Position numbers and translations under genes: made by a program | Source of the DNA: Eledone cirrhosa | Taxonomy: Eukaryota | Length of the DNA: 64,000 nt | Reading direction: 5' to 3' | Assembly: GCA_964016885.1 (NCBI GenBank) | Contig: OZ024743.1 | Coordinates: 292,144,001-292,208,000 of the forward strand | Shown here: piece after piece, positions 19,650 to 35,230 of the stretch | How positions within the stretch are numbered: position 1 is the first letter of the stretch | Layout: each line of letters begins with the position of its first letter | Notes under the pieces: generated by a model | Told to the model about the DNA's origin: nothing | The model's database searches: none | What the model saw: the letters and a program-made list of their open reading frames with translations, nothing else

Positions 19650-22600
19650 CGTCTACGTGTTGGGCATCAGGTGATCCTTCCTTCAAGCTTTACTGGTTCA
19701 CCGCTGTACATGCATAAACGGACACAGGCTACCATGGCGTATGTCCGTAAGTTTGGGCGGCGGGAACTTTTTTTATTCCCTTCACATGTAATCCTAATTG
19801 GGTGGAGATTAAGGAGAATTTATTCGCTGGCCATGTGACGAGTGACAGGCATGATATTACAGCCAGAGTCTTCCACGGAAAGTTGAAGAAACTAATGTGC
19901 TTGCTGAAAGATAAGGCCATCTACGGACAACTCAATGCTTGGATGTATACTGTGGAATGGCAGAAGCGGGGTCTTCCACACGCACATATTCTTATTTGGT
20001 GCAAAGAACGAATCAGACCTACGGACATTGATCGCGTTATATGTGCAAAGTTGCCCGATCCCCAAATTGATTTGCAGCTTTACAACATTGTGCTGGCTAA
20101 TATGATACATGGACCCTGTGGCGCCCTTAACAGCCAAAATTCATGCATGCAGGAGAACAAGTGCACCAAACACTACCCCAGAGCCTTCACCAGGGAAACT
20201 TGCACTGGGGTTGACGGCTACCCCATCTACCGGTGGCGTGCTCCCGATGTTGGCGGCCTTTCAGCTAGGATTAAGAAGAAAAGGAAAAAATACGACATTA
20301 ACAACAGCTGGGTGGTGCCTTACAGCCCTTTGCTTGCTAAACGTTTTAATCCTCACATCAATGTGGAGTCCTGCACATCTGTTAAAAAGGATCGATCGAC
20401 TTTCGTCAAATGACACCGAGGAAACAATTTTTACGTTGGTCTTTCCAGTTGCTAGTACTATCTATCGGTCGCAACTCCAGGTAGAAGGAGCAACGTGAAA
20501 TAAAGTTTCTTGCTCAAAGACACAACGTAGCGCCCGGTCCGGGAATCGAACTTACAACCTCAAGACTGTGAATCCAATTCTCTAACCACTCAGCCACATG
20601 CCTTCACAATCTGTTAAAAGCATTAAATACATCTGCAAATACATCAACAAAGGCGGCAACATGCCGGTAGTTGGCTTCAGTGATGGCGTAGAATCAAAAG
20701 ACGAACTTACTAAGTTCATGATGGGAAGATACATTTCATCCAATATGGCGGCTTGGCACATTTTGGGGCTTGAAATTCACCGGTGCTCTCCAGCAGTTGT
20801 TAACTTGGATGTTCACTTAGAAAATGGTCAACGCGTTTATTTCACTGAGGAAACCGCATCGGCTGCTGCTGAACAGCCACCTGAGACGACGCTTACAACA
20901 TTTTTTAAGCTATGTTCTGTCGATACCTTTGCAGTAATGCTTTTTTACGTCGATGTACCTACCTACTTCATTTGGTCAAACAAAAAATGGCATCGGCAGC
21001 GACAAGGGGAAAAAGTTGAGGATTGGGTAGGTGTCTTCAGAGGTAATGCCATCGGACGCGTGTACAATGTTCATCCGAAGCAACAAGAATTCTTTTTCCT
21101 GCAAATGTTGCTGCATCAAATCAAAGGGCCCAAGTCATTCGCCGACCTAAGACTTTCTGATGGCCACAATTGTTCCAGTTACAGGGACGCGTGCTACTCA
21201 AGGATGATGCCCACCTGAACGTGGCGTTGACAGAGGCTGCTGGATGTAAGATGCCTCGAGAAATGAGACGTCTGTTTTGCATAATGATATTGTTCTGCGG
21301 CATAGGTGAGCCCCTTAAGCTTTGGGAAACGCATAAAGACATGTCAGAAAACATCCCCCGTAGACTACGAGCAGAAGATCCAGCGGCTGGCTTTGCTTTC
21401 AACGATGCGGTGTACAATGAGACCCTCATCGACATGGACAACCATCTTAAAGCTCTTGGAGTTGGCGGTGTATCTGATTTCGGTTTGCCACAACCTCGAA
21501 ATACTCAGTGCTTTAGATGTGGAGTTCATGCGTGAGTTAAATTACAACATCGACGATATGACACATCAGGTAGCTCAGGACAAACCCAGACTTTTGCATC
21601 ACCAGAGACGGGTATATGACAGAATTCTCCCTAGTGTCAATTCAAATGAGGGACGGCTATTTTTCCTGGATGCTCCTGGCGGAACAGGAACTGTTCTCAT
21701 CAATATTTTGCTTGCGAAGCTACGAAAAGACAAGCGGATTGGTTTAGCGGTCGCCTCCAGTGGTATTGCGGCGACACTGTTACATGGCGGTCGTTCGGCA
21801 CACTCCGCATTCAAATTGCCTTTGGACATAGCAAAGAAGGAGAATCCTACATGTAGAATAGATCGATGCGACCCTAAAGCACATCTTCTTTCTTCAGTGC
21901 TGCCTGATCATATGGGACGAGGCTACCATGAGTCAAAAGGCGGCCTTTGAGGCTCTGTATCGAACTCTCAAGGACTTGCGTCCGAACCCACGCGGCATGG
22001 GTGGAGTGACAGTACTGTTGGCTGGCGATTTCCGACAGTCTCTTCCTGTTATCACTAGAGGCACTAGAGCTGATGAAGTGAACGCATGTATCAAGTCGTC
22101 CTACGTATGGCAGTATGTCCACAAACTAAATCTGACTACCAACATGAGAGTGCATGTGCATGGTGAGGCAGACTCCATCGATTTCTCAAAACATCTACTG
22201 GAAGTTGGTAATGGAACTACACCTGGAGTGGATGAAGAGCATATCCGTTTGCCTTTTGGGAACTTTGTGTTAAACATTGACAAATTAATGTCATCTGTAT
22301 TTCCAGACCTTGAATCACGATTCCATGATCACACCTGGCTGAAAGGGAGAGCTATTTTGACATCACACAATGCCACTGTTGACGTGATGAACCAAAAACT
22401 ACTCGAACAGATTCCCGGAAATGAAGTCTCCTTCAAGTCGATTGACACCAATAAAAACGCGGACGACGCCGTCATCTACCCAATTGAATTCCTCAACAGT
22501 CAACTACCTCCATGACCTCCTCCTCATGATCTAAAACTGAAGGTTGATGTGCCATTATGCTGCTAAGAAACCTGGATACTCCAGAACTATGCAACGGAAC

Positions 22601-22947
22601 GCGTTTAAACTTAAAAAAAAATAAGGACCCAAATTCTGGACACAACCATTTTCAGCGGACCCGCTGCTGGCGTGACCAGGTTAATTACCCCTATGAGCCT
22701 TAGTCCCTCTGACGTCCCCTATGAATTTACGCGACGGCAGTTTCCCATAAAACTCTGCTTTGCAATGAGCATTAACAAAGCAGAAGGACAATCGCTGCAA
22801 GTGGTTGGCCTAAATCTAACACAGCAGGTATTTTCCCATGGTCAACTATACGTCGGATGCTCCCGCGTTGGCAGTCCACACAATCTCTTCATTTGTGGTA
22901 ACCCGGGCAACACCAGCAACGTTGTCTACAAAGAAGCCCTTCAATAA
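19650..22947 (+). pseudogene. Helitron RepHel (HUH Y2 endonuclease + PIF1-family helicase), frameshifted, N-terminus missing
   Basis: Motifs LPSSFTGSP, FTCNPNW, VEWQKRGLPHAHIL, MIHGPCG, SIKYICKYINKG, FFLDAPGGTG, AVASSGIAATLL, LLAGDFRQ, RRQFPIKLCFAMSINKAEGQSL. Confidence 0.95.
20388..20608 (-). mobile_element. tRNA-derived SINE inserted in Helitron Rep, 11-bp TSD
   Basis: TSD ATCTGTTAAAA at 20377-20387 and 20609-20619. The minus strand has A box TGGCTGAGTGGTTAG and B box GTTCGATTCC. Confidence 0.85.
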
Positions 22948-23073
22948 CATCTTTGAACCCTACTCTACTCGACGTCTCTCTGTCAAACCACTATTTTCAC
23001 ATCACCATTCAACTTATTAACTTAATAAAAAGTGGCCCCGAGTAGCCCCGAGTGCAACCGGGCTCAGCTGCTA

Positions 23074-23107
<34 letters not shown>

Positions 23108-23473
23108 TTTGAATATGTGTTCATTGTTTACCGACACCTTAGTATGCAGGTTGGAGCACTCGATGAAGACGCAGCTTCCTTTGTTTACTCCGGAGTACTG
23201 TAAAATAAGTAACTCAAACATATTAAATTTGGCTTCGTTTATTATAAATTCTTATTTTTATTTAATTTAATTTAATTTTATTTTATTTTACTTATATATA
23301 TATATATATATAAATACATTATCGGGGAAAGCTAATAGCGATACTCCGGCCAAATCCCAACTCACTCAACAAACACTAGGAAATAAGTGAGTATATTCCT
23401 AATTAAACGTTCGGGGTGCTAACTAATTGTGTTGTGTGGATAATTGGCTGTATTATTTCATATGAGATATATC

Positions 23474-23510
<37 letters not shown>

Positions 23511-23515
<5 letters not shown>

Positions 23516-23940
23516 GGATATTTAATTTGTTGGTAATTCAACAAATATATATGTGTATAACTGATTCGAAGCACTCGACAAGTTTTCTGAAGTATAATAT
23601 CAATGATATTAAATAAATCAAAACTAAATTTATAAAACCATATTTATTCTATTATATATATTTCAAGGGTACGAATTCTTTGGTACGCACTCATCAGATG
23701 AAATACAAAGTTTGTTTTATAAATATTGACATATCCAGGAAGAAGATCTTAACGGTTCAAGTTTTCACTAGAAAAACTTGAACCGTTAAGATCTTTTTTC
23801 TGGATATGTGAATGTTTATAAAACAAACTTTGTATTTTATCTGATGAGTGCGTACCAAAGTGTTGGTACCCTTGAAATATATATAATAGAATAAATATGG
23901 TTTTATAAATTTAGTTTCCATTTATTTAATATCATTGATA
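23511..23940. mobile_element. palindromic HHR element (arms 23597-23767 / 23773-23940) with left tail
   Basis: Hairpin centred near 23770. HHR at 23833-23895: tattttat-CTGATGA-gtgcgtaccaaagtgttggtaccctt-GAAAT-atatat-ATA-atagaata. Relative at 55829-56062. (TA)n flanks. Confidence 0.85.
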
Positions 23941-25291
23941 TATATATATATATATACATATGTGTGTGTATGTGTTTGTGTATGTGTGTATGTGTATGTG
24001 TGTGTGTGTGTGTCGGTGTGTGTGTGTGTCGGTGTGTGTGTGTGTATAGGTGTTGGGGTTTACGGCTTTGTATTCTATCGTGAATGTGCATATATATATA
24101 TATTCCAAATGAGTGTATAAATGATTGTCCACACCCTGTTCTGTCATATACCATCGGCGTCACAAATTATAGTAATTTCTCAGATGAATTTCTTTATGAA
24201 AAAGAAATAGTTTACTTCAAAATGAAGGTATTCACCATATGGTTTGACTTCTGTAAACCATTACATGATGTGGGTATTACTACGACCACGAAAATGATAT
24301 ACCCCAAAACAATATTATTCAGAATCTGCAAGTGCATTGTGTATATTTCGAAAAAAAGATAAATAGGTGAGCTCATGAGAGAAGAAACAGAATGATATAA
24401 ATTCTGCACGTGTTATATAAACAATAACTAAAATTGGCTTTATATTATGGAGGTATCATAATTGGAATATTGGAGTATTTAGCTGAAAGTGAGACAATTA
24501 ATACTAGATACTTGTAGGATTCTAGGATGATTTGTGGCTATTTGTTTGTAAATTTGGGATAGAAAAAATGCTATTTTACAATTTTAGAGACTGATCGTGA
24601 TGATTTTAACATTTGGGTTGTTGTTTCTAGTAGACTGATTTTCTTACTTCTCATATTTTTCTGGTGTGCTCCTTCTGCTATTAGTAAAATTTCCAACACA
24701 TTATATAAAAAGTCGCTTCTATATACTGTTGTCTTTGGTAAACTAGATTTTGACAAATTTTGAAGAGAGATGAAAAATATATATGCGTCTATATTGGTTT
24801 TGTTGCAGCGTTTGTCGAAGCTGTACTAGATTCCTTACGAAAGAGACAGAATATTACTTTTCGGTACATGGTGAAGAGAAATTTTATACATATTGCATCT
24901 AAATTTTCGAGTAAGAAATTGTGACTCAGTGAACGAATAAAAATGTATTTATTGAAACTACTGCACGGTAAACCAGCCTGGCAATATTAAAGAAGCAACA
25001 ACATATTGTGAATTACCTGTATTATTTAAGGAAGAACAATTAGAGATACTCTTTCTCGCTGCTCGGAGTTTCTTTTACTTTATCTTTGCTCCATTGAGGA
25101 ATGGGAACGAGAATACCATGTAGAGACTCGTGCAGAGTTAGCTTTGAATAAATAATATTTTAAAGTACTTAACAGGAATGACTACTTTTTTCGTTTAATT
25201 GCTTTTGACACTAACGTGAAACCATCACTTTATCTCCCTGGACTTCTCTTTTATTCTTTTACGCTCTCTATATCTCTCTTTCTCCCGCTCT

Positions 25292-25353
<62 letters not shown>

Positions 25354-25412
25354 TATATATATATATATATCTATATATTTATATAAATTACATATACGCA
25401 TACATACACATT

Positions 25413-25508
<96 letters not shown>

Positions 25509-25888
25509 GGCTGCTTGTATATACTATTATATAGAACTTTTTTTTTTTTCAAAATAGCTTTGGCAAATCAATAACTCAGTTTTATAATTGATGATATGCT
25601 GCTGGAAATAAAACTTGACAAGCAATTAAATCGAAAAAGTGCAGATATGAGTAAAACTAGTGTGGTAGACATAAAATTATGAAAAAAGTGCTGGTACAGA
25701 AAGAAAAGTTGGAATCGAAGCAGTGTGAGACAGTGATAAATATATATACAGAGAGGGTAAGAGCGTACTGGTGGAAGTGTTAATGTATATAAAATTATAT
25801 GTACATTATATATTTATATATGTGTGTGTGTGTGATTGTGTGTGTATGTGAGTGTGTGTGTCTGCATATATATATATATATATATATA

Positions 25889-26060
25889 AGCTTCTACAGC
25901 ACTAGAACAGTTTCATTCGAAGGAAATCATTAGGGCGTTCCTGATAATTTCCTTCGAATAAAATAGTTCTATTGCTGTAGAAGCCATTTCTATATTAAAA
26001 GGCTATTCTCTGCTATGTATTTACTATTCTCTGGTATGTGGTTACCCCCGTTTGAACACA
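25889..26060. mobile_element. mini fold-back made of two inverted decayed HHRs plus tail
   Basis: gcttctacagcactagaacagtttcattcgaaggaaatcattagg mirrors cctgataatttccttcgaataaaatagttctattgctgtagaagc. The tail resembles 31270-31345 and 54750-54810. Confidence 0.7.
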
Positions 26061-26094
26061 CATCTATCTATATAAATATAAGTATATATGTATG

Positions 26095-26216
<122 letters not shown>

Positions 26217-27434
26217 AAGGACTACCGTCCGAAACGTTAAGACCCTTTTCCTGCTATATCAAGCGTTAACCTAATATATGCATTCCATATACTGTACCGA
26301 TTGTGTTGTTATTTCTGTTTACCTTTTATATACATACATAATATATATATATATATATATACACCACACACACACATATATATATATATAAGTTAAAACA
26401 ATGAAATAAAAATTCAAGTCATTAGTAATACACTTCACTGCTTTCCGATCATTTCTAGGTGATAATAATACATAGTACGCATATTTCGTTATCGATCTAT
26501 GTAAGGTAAGTTACAAAATATCAAATAAGGAATATATTTACCTACGTGTATATCGTCAGCCGTCGTCAAAAGCAATGAACATTTTATTCAAAATCAATAG
26601 TAAATTAAGTTCTATACTCTTATTTGGAGGCAGCTGAAGAACAAACCAATCAAATGGTGTTTTGCCATATGATGTTAAGACGAAATATAACTCACATGAC
26701 CTTTTGAAAGGAATGGTTGAATGGTGTTAAAAATAGAATTACTATGAAGAACCTATGAAGAAAAGAGATTGATGTATTGATAGTGGAGTGTAGATGGTGG
26801 AATGATGTTTAAAAAGGGATGTAAAAATTATATGTTTACTTGTATTGTATGGAGTTTTTAGGTGAATATAATTAAAGGAACATAAAATATACGGAAATAA
26901 CTAGGATCAATATAGATAGGTAAAGTAATGGTCGTAAACGCCCATCGTTCCCTCATCACCTCCGACTTTATCAAACTCACCGCCTGCCACTTTCTGCCGC
27001 AAATTTACATTGTCACACATCAACCACACCAAACGCCCCATCCCTACTCGCAACTCCTTGCCTCCGTCGCCTGTTCAACTGAACCCATGACGTTGAAGCC
27101 CAAGCCCTATATAGGGTTTGACAGTTCACTCGGGGAGGTAATAACAATACTGGTCCAAGCCGCTCTCACACAAGCCCGTGAGATCGATCGCAAGTTTATG
27201 AACAGAAAGTTACCGACAGAAAGCGAGATAGAGGGGGTGCGTTGCTTTGACAACGCCCAAATAAACCAGAAACAGCTGTCGGTACCTTCCTTTCCTTTGG
27301 CTGGAACTCGCTATGTGGCGCCCTCACACCGCCTTTTTAAATTCTTTGCTAAACGCTTTCAAATGTTTATTCTTAAACGTTTCGTATATTAACCGTATAG
27401 AGCTATGGTGAAGCGATTACCTTAATTCTTTCTA

Positions 27435-27515
<81 letters not shown>

Positions 27516-27594
27516 ATGTGTTTGTGTATGTATGTATATCCGCAAACTTAGTTAAGAATCAGTTCTCATGTAAGCAAAACCGAAAAAAGCAAAA

Positions 27595-27760
27595 TTGTTT
27601 CTACTTTTGGTGCAAGGCCAGCAATTACCCAGTATATTACTGGTATATTATTTTGTCGACCCCGTAAGGTTGTAAGGCAAATTTAACCTCGGCGAGATTT
27701 GAACTCAGACTGTAAAGGGACGTCATTATGCTGGAAAGCATGGTGTCCGATACTACCAAA
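27595..27760 (-). mobile_element. tRNA-derived SINE
   Basis: Homologue of 13621-13800 (TTTTGTCGACCCCGTAAG, GATTTGAACTCAG). Confidence 0.7.
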
Positions 27761-29059
27761 CCACCTCTTCCGATATTACCAAACCACCGCACAAATGTAA
27801 TAATACAACAAATACAACGATGATATTAAATTTCTTTTAACACTTGTTTTTGCAAAAATCAATACTATAGACAAAATCCTTTTCTCAAATCCTATTAAAA
27901 ATATTCATAATTCATATTTTTTATCTACTATTATCTTATCTTTGACTCCAGTATTTAAAGATTCATTAGACATGGCATTAGATTCTACTAGAATTGTGAA
28001 TACAAGTGACGATGTTATAATGAATGCAATGGGAGAAAGCTAGAAATAATCTTTATTATAGAAAGTAATACTAATATAATAATATAATATTATAACGGCA
28101 ACAATCACAAGATATGTTATACAGCACACGCACGTAATGAAGACACTCTATATGAAATGACTCATCAACAAGAGTGAACGTGAAAACTGAAAAACCTGAA
28201 AGTGAAAAATAAATCAAAATCTTTATATATAGCTTTCTAAATGAAATAAAAATAAATATTTAGATACGATATTAGAAATTATATTTAAGATTGCAAAACT
28301 AATATACGGATATATTTAGTAAAACCGCTAGTAAAATTAACTACGTTTTAGAAAGTATATCTTAATTATATTAATACATAACTATGGAATAATTCAAGCT
28401 TAATTATAAATTATATATTACGAGAATGTTGGAGAAAATTATAATAAATTGCTAACCAAATTATTATTATATATTATCAGGAAAAACGCAAATGTTAATT
28501 ATGTTAATCGACTGTATAAACACTAAGTTTAATTTTTATTTTAAATTTTTACTCGTCACAGAACCAATGCAGAAATTCGATGAAGGAAGATGCAAAATTC
28601 TTAGTAATTAAAACGTCTAGGTATAATTAATGCACAGGGAGTTTAAATAGGTTAATAAAAAATATATGGAATAATACAAACACAATCACTGCTTACGGGA
28701 TTGTTGGAACTAATTGTAATAGATTGACAAAATAAAATAAATTAAAATAATTAATTTAAAACACAAATTGAACGTTATTATGTAAAACGAATATATAAAT
28801 TCGAAAGTCAAATATTTTAGAGCTTGCAACAATACGTATATATATATATATGGGAAACAAGGGAGTTTCGCGATATATATATATTAGGGGCGGTGGAACT
28901 GTGGGGAACATGCCCCCCCCTCCCAATAACAATTTGTCTCCCCATACTAACAAGATGCATATATTTATATAATCGCTACAATTTATGTACATGGTATGTA
29001 GAGATAGATGGCAAGGCATGGCCTCAGCCGAATGGCTGGAACAGGTAAAAGAAAAGTAA

Positions 29060-30050
29060 ATGAATAGATATAAGAGGGGGAGAGTTTGGTGGGAATTGTT
29101 ATAGATAGGAAGGTAGAGAGATTGATGTTTATTGATATAGAAAAGAGTTCCGTATATTAGATATAGAGAAGGGGAGAGTTTGGCGTTAATTGATATAGAG
29201 AGGGTTATTGGAAGAGAGTTCCATGTAGTAGATTAGAGAGGGGAGATTTTGGTGGTTATTAATATAGAGAGAGGGATTGAAAGTGAGTTCCGTGTGATAC
29301 ATATAGAGAGGGGGAGAGTTTGGTAGTGATGGATAGAGTGAGAGGGAATGAGAGAGAGTGTTGCATGGTAGATATAGAGGGAGATAGTTGGAAGTAATTG
29401 ATATATACAGGCCGATTGGAAGAATGTGTTGTATATTAGATATAGAGATGGGGAGTGCTTGGTGTTAATTGCTTTAGATAGGGAATTGGAAGAGAGAACC
29501 GTGTAGTAGATATAGAGAGGGGGAGAGTTTGGTGTAAATTGATATATAGAGGGCAATTCGAAAAGAGTTCCATACAGTAGATAAAGAGAGGGGGGAGATT
29601 TTGGTAGTGATGGATACAGTGATAAGGAATGGGAGAGAGAGAGCTGTATGGTAGAGTGGGGGGAATTTCGGTGGTAATTTATATGAAAAAGGGCTTTGTG
29701 AGACTGTGTGTTGTATATAGAGAGAGGAAGAGATTGATGTTTATTAATATAGATTGGAAGAGAGTTCCATATAGTAGATACACAGAGGGGCAGAATTTTG
29801 TGTTAATTGATATAGAGAGGGAGATTGGGATAAAGTTCCATGTAGTAGATATAAAGAGATGGAAAGGTTAGGGTTAATTGATATAGAGAGGGGGAGAGTT
29901 TTCTAACTATGGATAGAGTGAGAGGGTTCGAGAGAGTGTGCTGTATGGTAGATATAGAGAGGGGTATTGGAAGAGAGTTCTGTGTAGTAGATATGATGAG
30001 GGGGAGAGTTTGGTGTTATTTGATATGTACAGGGGGATTGGGAGCGAATT
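29060..30050. repeat. degenerate purine-rich minisatellite (~70-bp period, ~30-35-bp subunits)
   Basis: Recurrent GATATAGAGAGGGGGAGAGTTTGGTG and GAAGAGAGTTCCATGTAGTA motifs. Confidence 0.7.
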
Positions 30051-30070
30051 ATATATATATATATTTATAT

Positions 30071-30202
30071 ATATATATAGAGGGGAAGGACATAGAAGAG
30101 TGTGTTTTTCATTACAGGAATTTCTAGCCGCCAACGTGAAGATTACAGGAGTTTCATTCCTGTATGAAAAACACACTCGTCTGTGTATTTCCCCTCTATA
30201 TA
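30071..30202. repeat. small hairpin element
   Basis: TATAGAGGGGAA...GAGTGTGTTTTTCAT...CAGGAAT mirrors ATTCCTG...ATGAAAAACACACTC...TTCCCCTCTATA. Confidence 0.65.
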
Positions 30203-30289
30203 TTGTATTTTAAAGTGCCCAGGAAAATTATTTCCTTTGAGGTCATTTAATTACAGGATTATACGCGAGTCCTTCGCTCCGTTATTTTT

Positions 30290-30344
<55 letters not shown>

Positions 30345-30367
30345 ATATGAATATATATATATATATG

Positions 30368-30410
<43 letters not shown>

Positions 30411-30419
30411 GTGTATGTA

Positions 30420-31141
30420 TGTGTGTGTACATGAATATATATTTATATATATTTATATATTTTTTTATATATGTGTGTGTGTTTTTATGTGTGTATATGT
30501 GTTTGTGTGTGTGTTTATGGTTGCGCGTAAGTGTGTGAGTGAGTATGTGTGTTTTTTTGTTTTTTATGTGTGTTTTTTTGTTTTTCTGTTTTTTTTGTTT
30601 TTTGTTTTTTTGTGAATGTGTCTGTTGATTTTTGGCATATTGTTGATTAGTTTAAGAGAAGTTCGAAGATAATAGTAAGATATGCACTCAGTATTTTGAA
30701 TCTGTCTGCAGAATTCTCTAGACCTTTGTCACTTAGTAGAACCTTAATGACTTTAGCTTTTAAAGAATCTCCCTTTTCTTTAATTCTATGGAGCATGACT
30801 GACCCCCCACTGATTTTATAGACATCTGTTAGCTTAAGAGAAACTTATTGACAAGGAATGGTATGCCATCCGGAACCTGTTTATAGAATTCTGTCTGCCT
30901 TTGTTACTCTAAAAACATAAATAAATATAAATAAAAATAAAAATTAACTATAGCTTTGTAGAATTAGCTTTTAATGAATTCCCTTTTCTATCAACCAATG
31001 ACCTGCACCCATCCCACTCCCCACCCTCTCCTACCACTTGTAGAGACCTATAAATACCATATTTATTTTTTGATACCCAGATTCCTGATGATTTCTAATG
31101 AATGAAACAGTTCTAGTCCTGTAGAATCTCATCTATATTAA

Positions 31142-31144
<3 letters not shown>
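30420..31144 (+). mobile_element. PLE 3' end/pLTR, direct copy of 54115-54761
   Basis: High identity to 54115-54761. HHR at 31079-31129: agattc-CTGATGA-tttctaatgaat-GAA-ACAG-ttctagtc-CTGT-A-gaatct. Ends in (TA)n. A diverged HHR+tail follows at 31219-31345. Confidence 0.85.
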
Positions 31145-31218
<74 letters not shown>

Positions 31219-31545
31219 GTTGGCTTTCCTGGTGATTTCCTTTGAATGAAACAGTTCTAGTCCTATAGAAGCCTTTTCTATATTAAATATTTATACTCTG
31301 CTATGTATTGAGTACTTTACTTACTGTGGTTACCCGGGGTACACAAACACACACACACAAAATACAATTCCCTCACTGCTCAACAGGGAAATGTACACTC
31401 TAATTTGTGGCGTTTATATTGTAATAATACAGACTTTATTAAATTATTGTGAGACTGAGAAACGACCGAGTTTGTGTCCATTCTTATTCGATAAGCTTCG
31501 TTTCATAATTGTACACACACACACATGCATATATATATATATATA

Positions 31546-33340
<1,795 letters not shown>

Positions 33341-33456
33341 CATATATACATATATACATATATATACATATATACCTGCGTGTATATATACACACATATA
33401 CATACATGTATGCGTACATGTATATATATATATATATATTAATATAAATATATATA

Positions 33457-35220
33457 GTAATAATAATAAAATTGAAGACTAAAATCCAAAGAGGGCTCAA
33501 TAAGGAAAATATATATCAAATATATAAGAACCGTAGAGCAAATATTTATTAAAATAACAGATTAAAGTTTGAGCAAAGAATCGCTGCTTTCACCCTTAAC
33601 GGGATCTTCTGAAACTAACAAAGTCAATCTGTAAACGCAGAACTAGATATTTCAAAAAACATTGCAACCGGAGGAAGACAGGAAGACGATACTTTGGTTC
33701 GTGGTAACGTTCGCTGGCAAAGAACGGTAAAAAACGAATAATACGTCATTAATATGAGCGGTTAAAAACAATTACGCGCAAAGACAGAACCACGTTTATG
33801 GTATAAAAGAGGTCGTATACTAATGTTCTCTTAGGTGGTGCATAGAGACGTTCTCTGGCAATGAACGCAAAAACGAAGATAATAAGTCATATGTGGAGCG
33901 TGGAGAACAATAGCACGCAAAGACAAAACCACGTAAATGGTATAGCAGAAGTCGTAGACTAAAATTAATCTCCGCTACAGAGTTAAGAACAAAGTAAATA
34001 TATACAATACAGAAGTAATAGAAACAAATAAATACATACATGCAAACAGATACGTACATACACAAGCATACGCAAAACCTTATCATAGGTATACAAAACC
34101 ACGCACATATAAATATGTGTGTGTGTGTGTATGCTTGTGTACAAATAAATAAATAATTATATCAACGTATATAAGTAAATAAATACGTATATAAAAAGCG
34201 CACACGCATACCTACATATAAATACACGAATGTTCGGAGACGTAAGTCAACTAAAACAAGATGTACACATATACACACACCCACCATACGTACGAACCTG
34301 CATACTCACGCAGACGCAAAACTCCCGTATACACATAGCCAAACCCTAAATACCAGACTATGTAAAAATTATACGCCATAACAGTCAAATATACGTACGA
34401 GAAAGTATACATACCTTCACAAAACATACGGGTAATATATACTTACCTATGCAAATAAGTAAAGGAATAAACAAAACATATACTTATCTCCCACATCAAG
34501 ACGTAAAATATCCATGGTCGTGCTATCCGTTAGGGTATAACGTGGGGCTGTAATACAGGAAAGTTTTGTGCAATTTATGTTTACAAGCCGAAATTGCCTC
34601 AGATTTTTTGTTTAAGATGTGGTCTGTGGCGTAGAGTATTTCCAGGGCCTCAGCGGCGCAGAGGTCACTTGGTCTTTTATTTCCGTTATACGATCTAGCC
34701 CAAGCTAGGATCTCCCAGTGTAACTTATATTGGGTGTGGTTATATTTTAGACTCCAGATATAAGCTGAAAGTGACGTCATATTCCTTCTTAGAGGGTAGC
34801 GAAAAGAATGGGTATGCATGTAAAGACGCTGCTTGAAACTATTGGCGGTTCATTAGTCTACGACCTCTTTTATACCATAAACGTGGTTCTGTCTTTGCGC
34901 GTAATTGTTTTTCACCGCTCCTATTAATGACGTACTATTCGTTTTTTCCCGTTCTTTGCCAGCGAACGTTACCACGAACCAAAGTATCGTCTTCCTGTCT
35001 TCCTCCGGTTGCAACTTTTTTGAAATATCCACTTCCGCGTTTACAGATTGACTTTGTTAGTTTCAGAAGATCCCGTTAAGGGTGAAAGCAGCGATTCTTT
35101 GCTTAAACTTTAATCTGTTATTTTAATAAATATTTGCTCTACGGTTCTTATATATTTGATATATATTTATCCTTTTCGAGCCCTCTTTCGATTTTAGTCT
35201 TCAAATTTATTATTATTACT
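33457..35220 (-). mobile_element. non-autonomous PLE unit B2, inverted copy of B1, with ~365-bp terminal inverted repeats
   Basis: ORF 34523-34819 differs from 31946-32242 at 2 of 98 aa. TIRs at 33457-33824 / 34851-35220. Same internal junction as B1. Confidence 0.85.
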
Positions 35221-35230
35221 ATATATATAT

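Larger units (their letters stand above)
18974..23074 (+). mobile_element. Helitron (internally deleted, decayed)
   Basis: 5' TCTATTATATAAATGTG (duplicated at 18974 and 19003). 3' GC hairpin CCCG-agtgcaac-CGGG then CTAG at 23071-23074. A|T target. RepHel remnants inside. Confidence 0.85.

Noticed and set aside
20520-20608. tRNA-like A/B boxes (also 9746, 13730, 27700)
   Set aside because: These are SINE heads with SINE bodies (one with a TSD) and no complete cloverleaf.
26928-27392. 154-aa ORF in a TA-flanked segment, with a possible long-stem-II hammerhead at ~26470-26560 (-)
   Set aside because: No recognisable motif in the ORF and stem I of the putative ribozyme does not pair convincingly.
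29060-30050. Regularly spaced repeats as a CRISPR-like array
   Set aside because: Degenerate tandem units without unique spacers, no cas genes, eukaryotic context.
33457-35220. Interpretation of inverted-repeat units as MITEs/DNA transposons
   Set aside because: No DDE transposase. The arms are HHR-bearing PLE 3' ends, often with asymmetric tails and PLE cargo.
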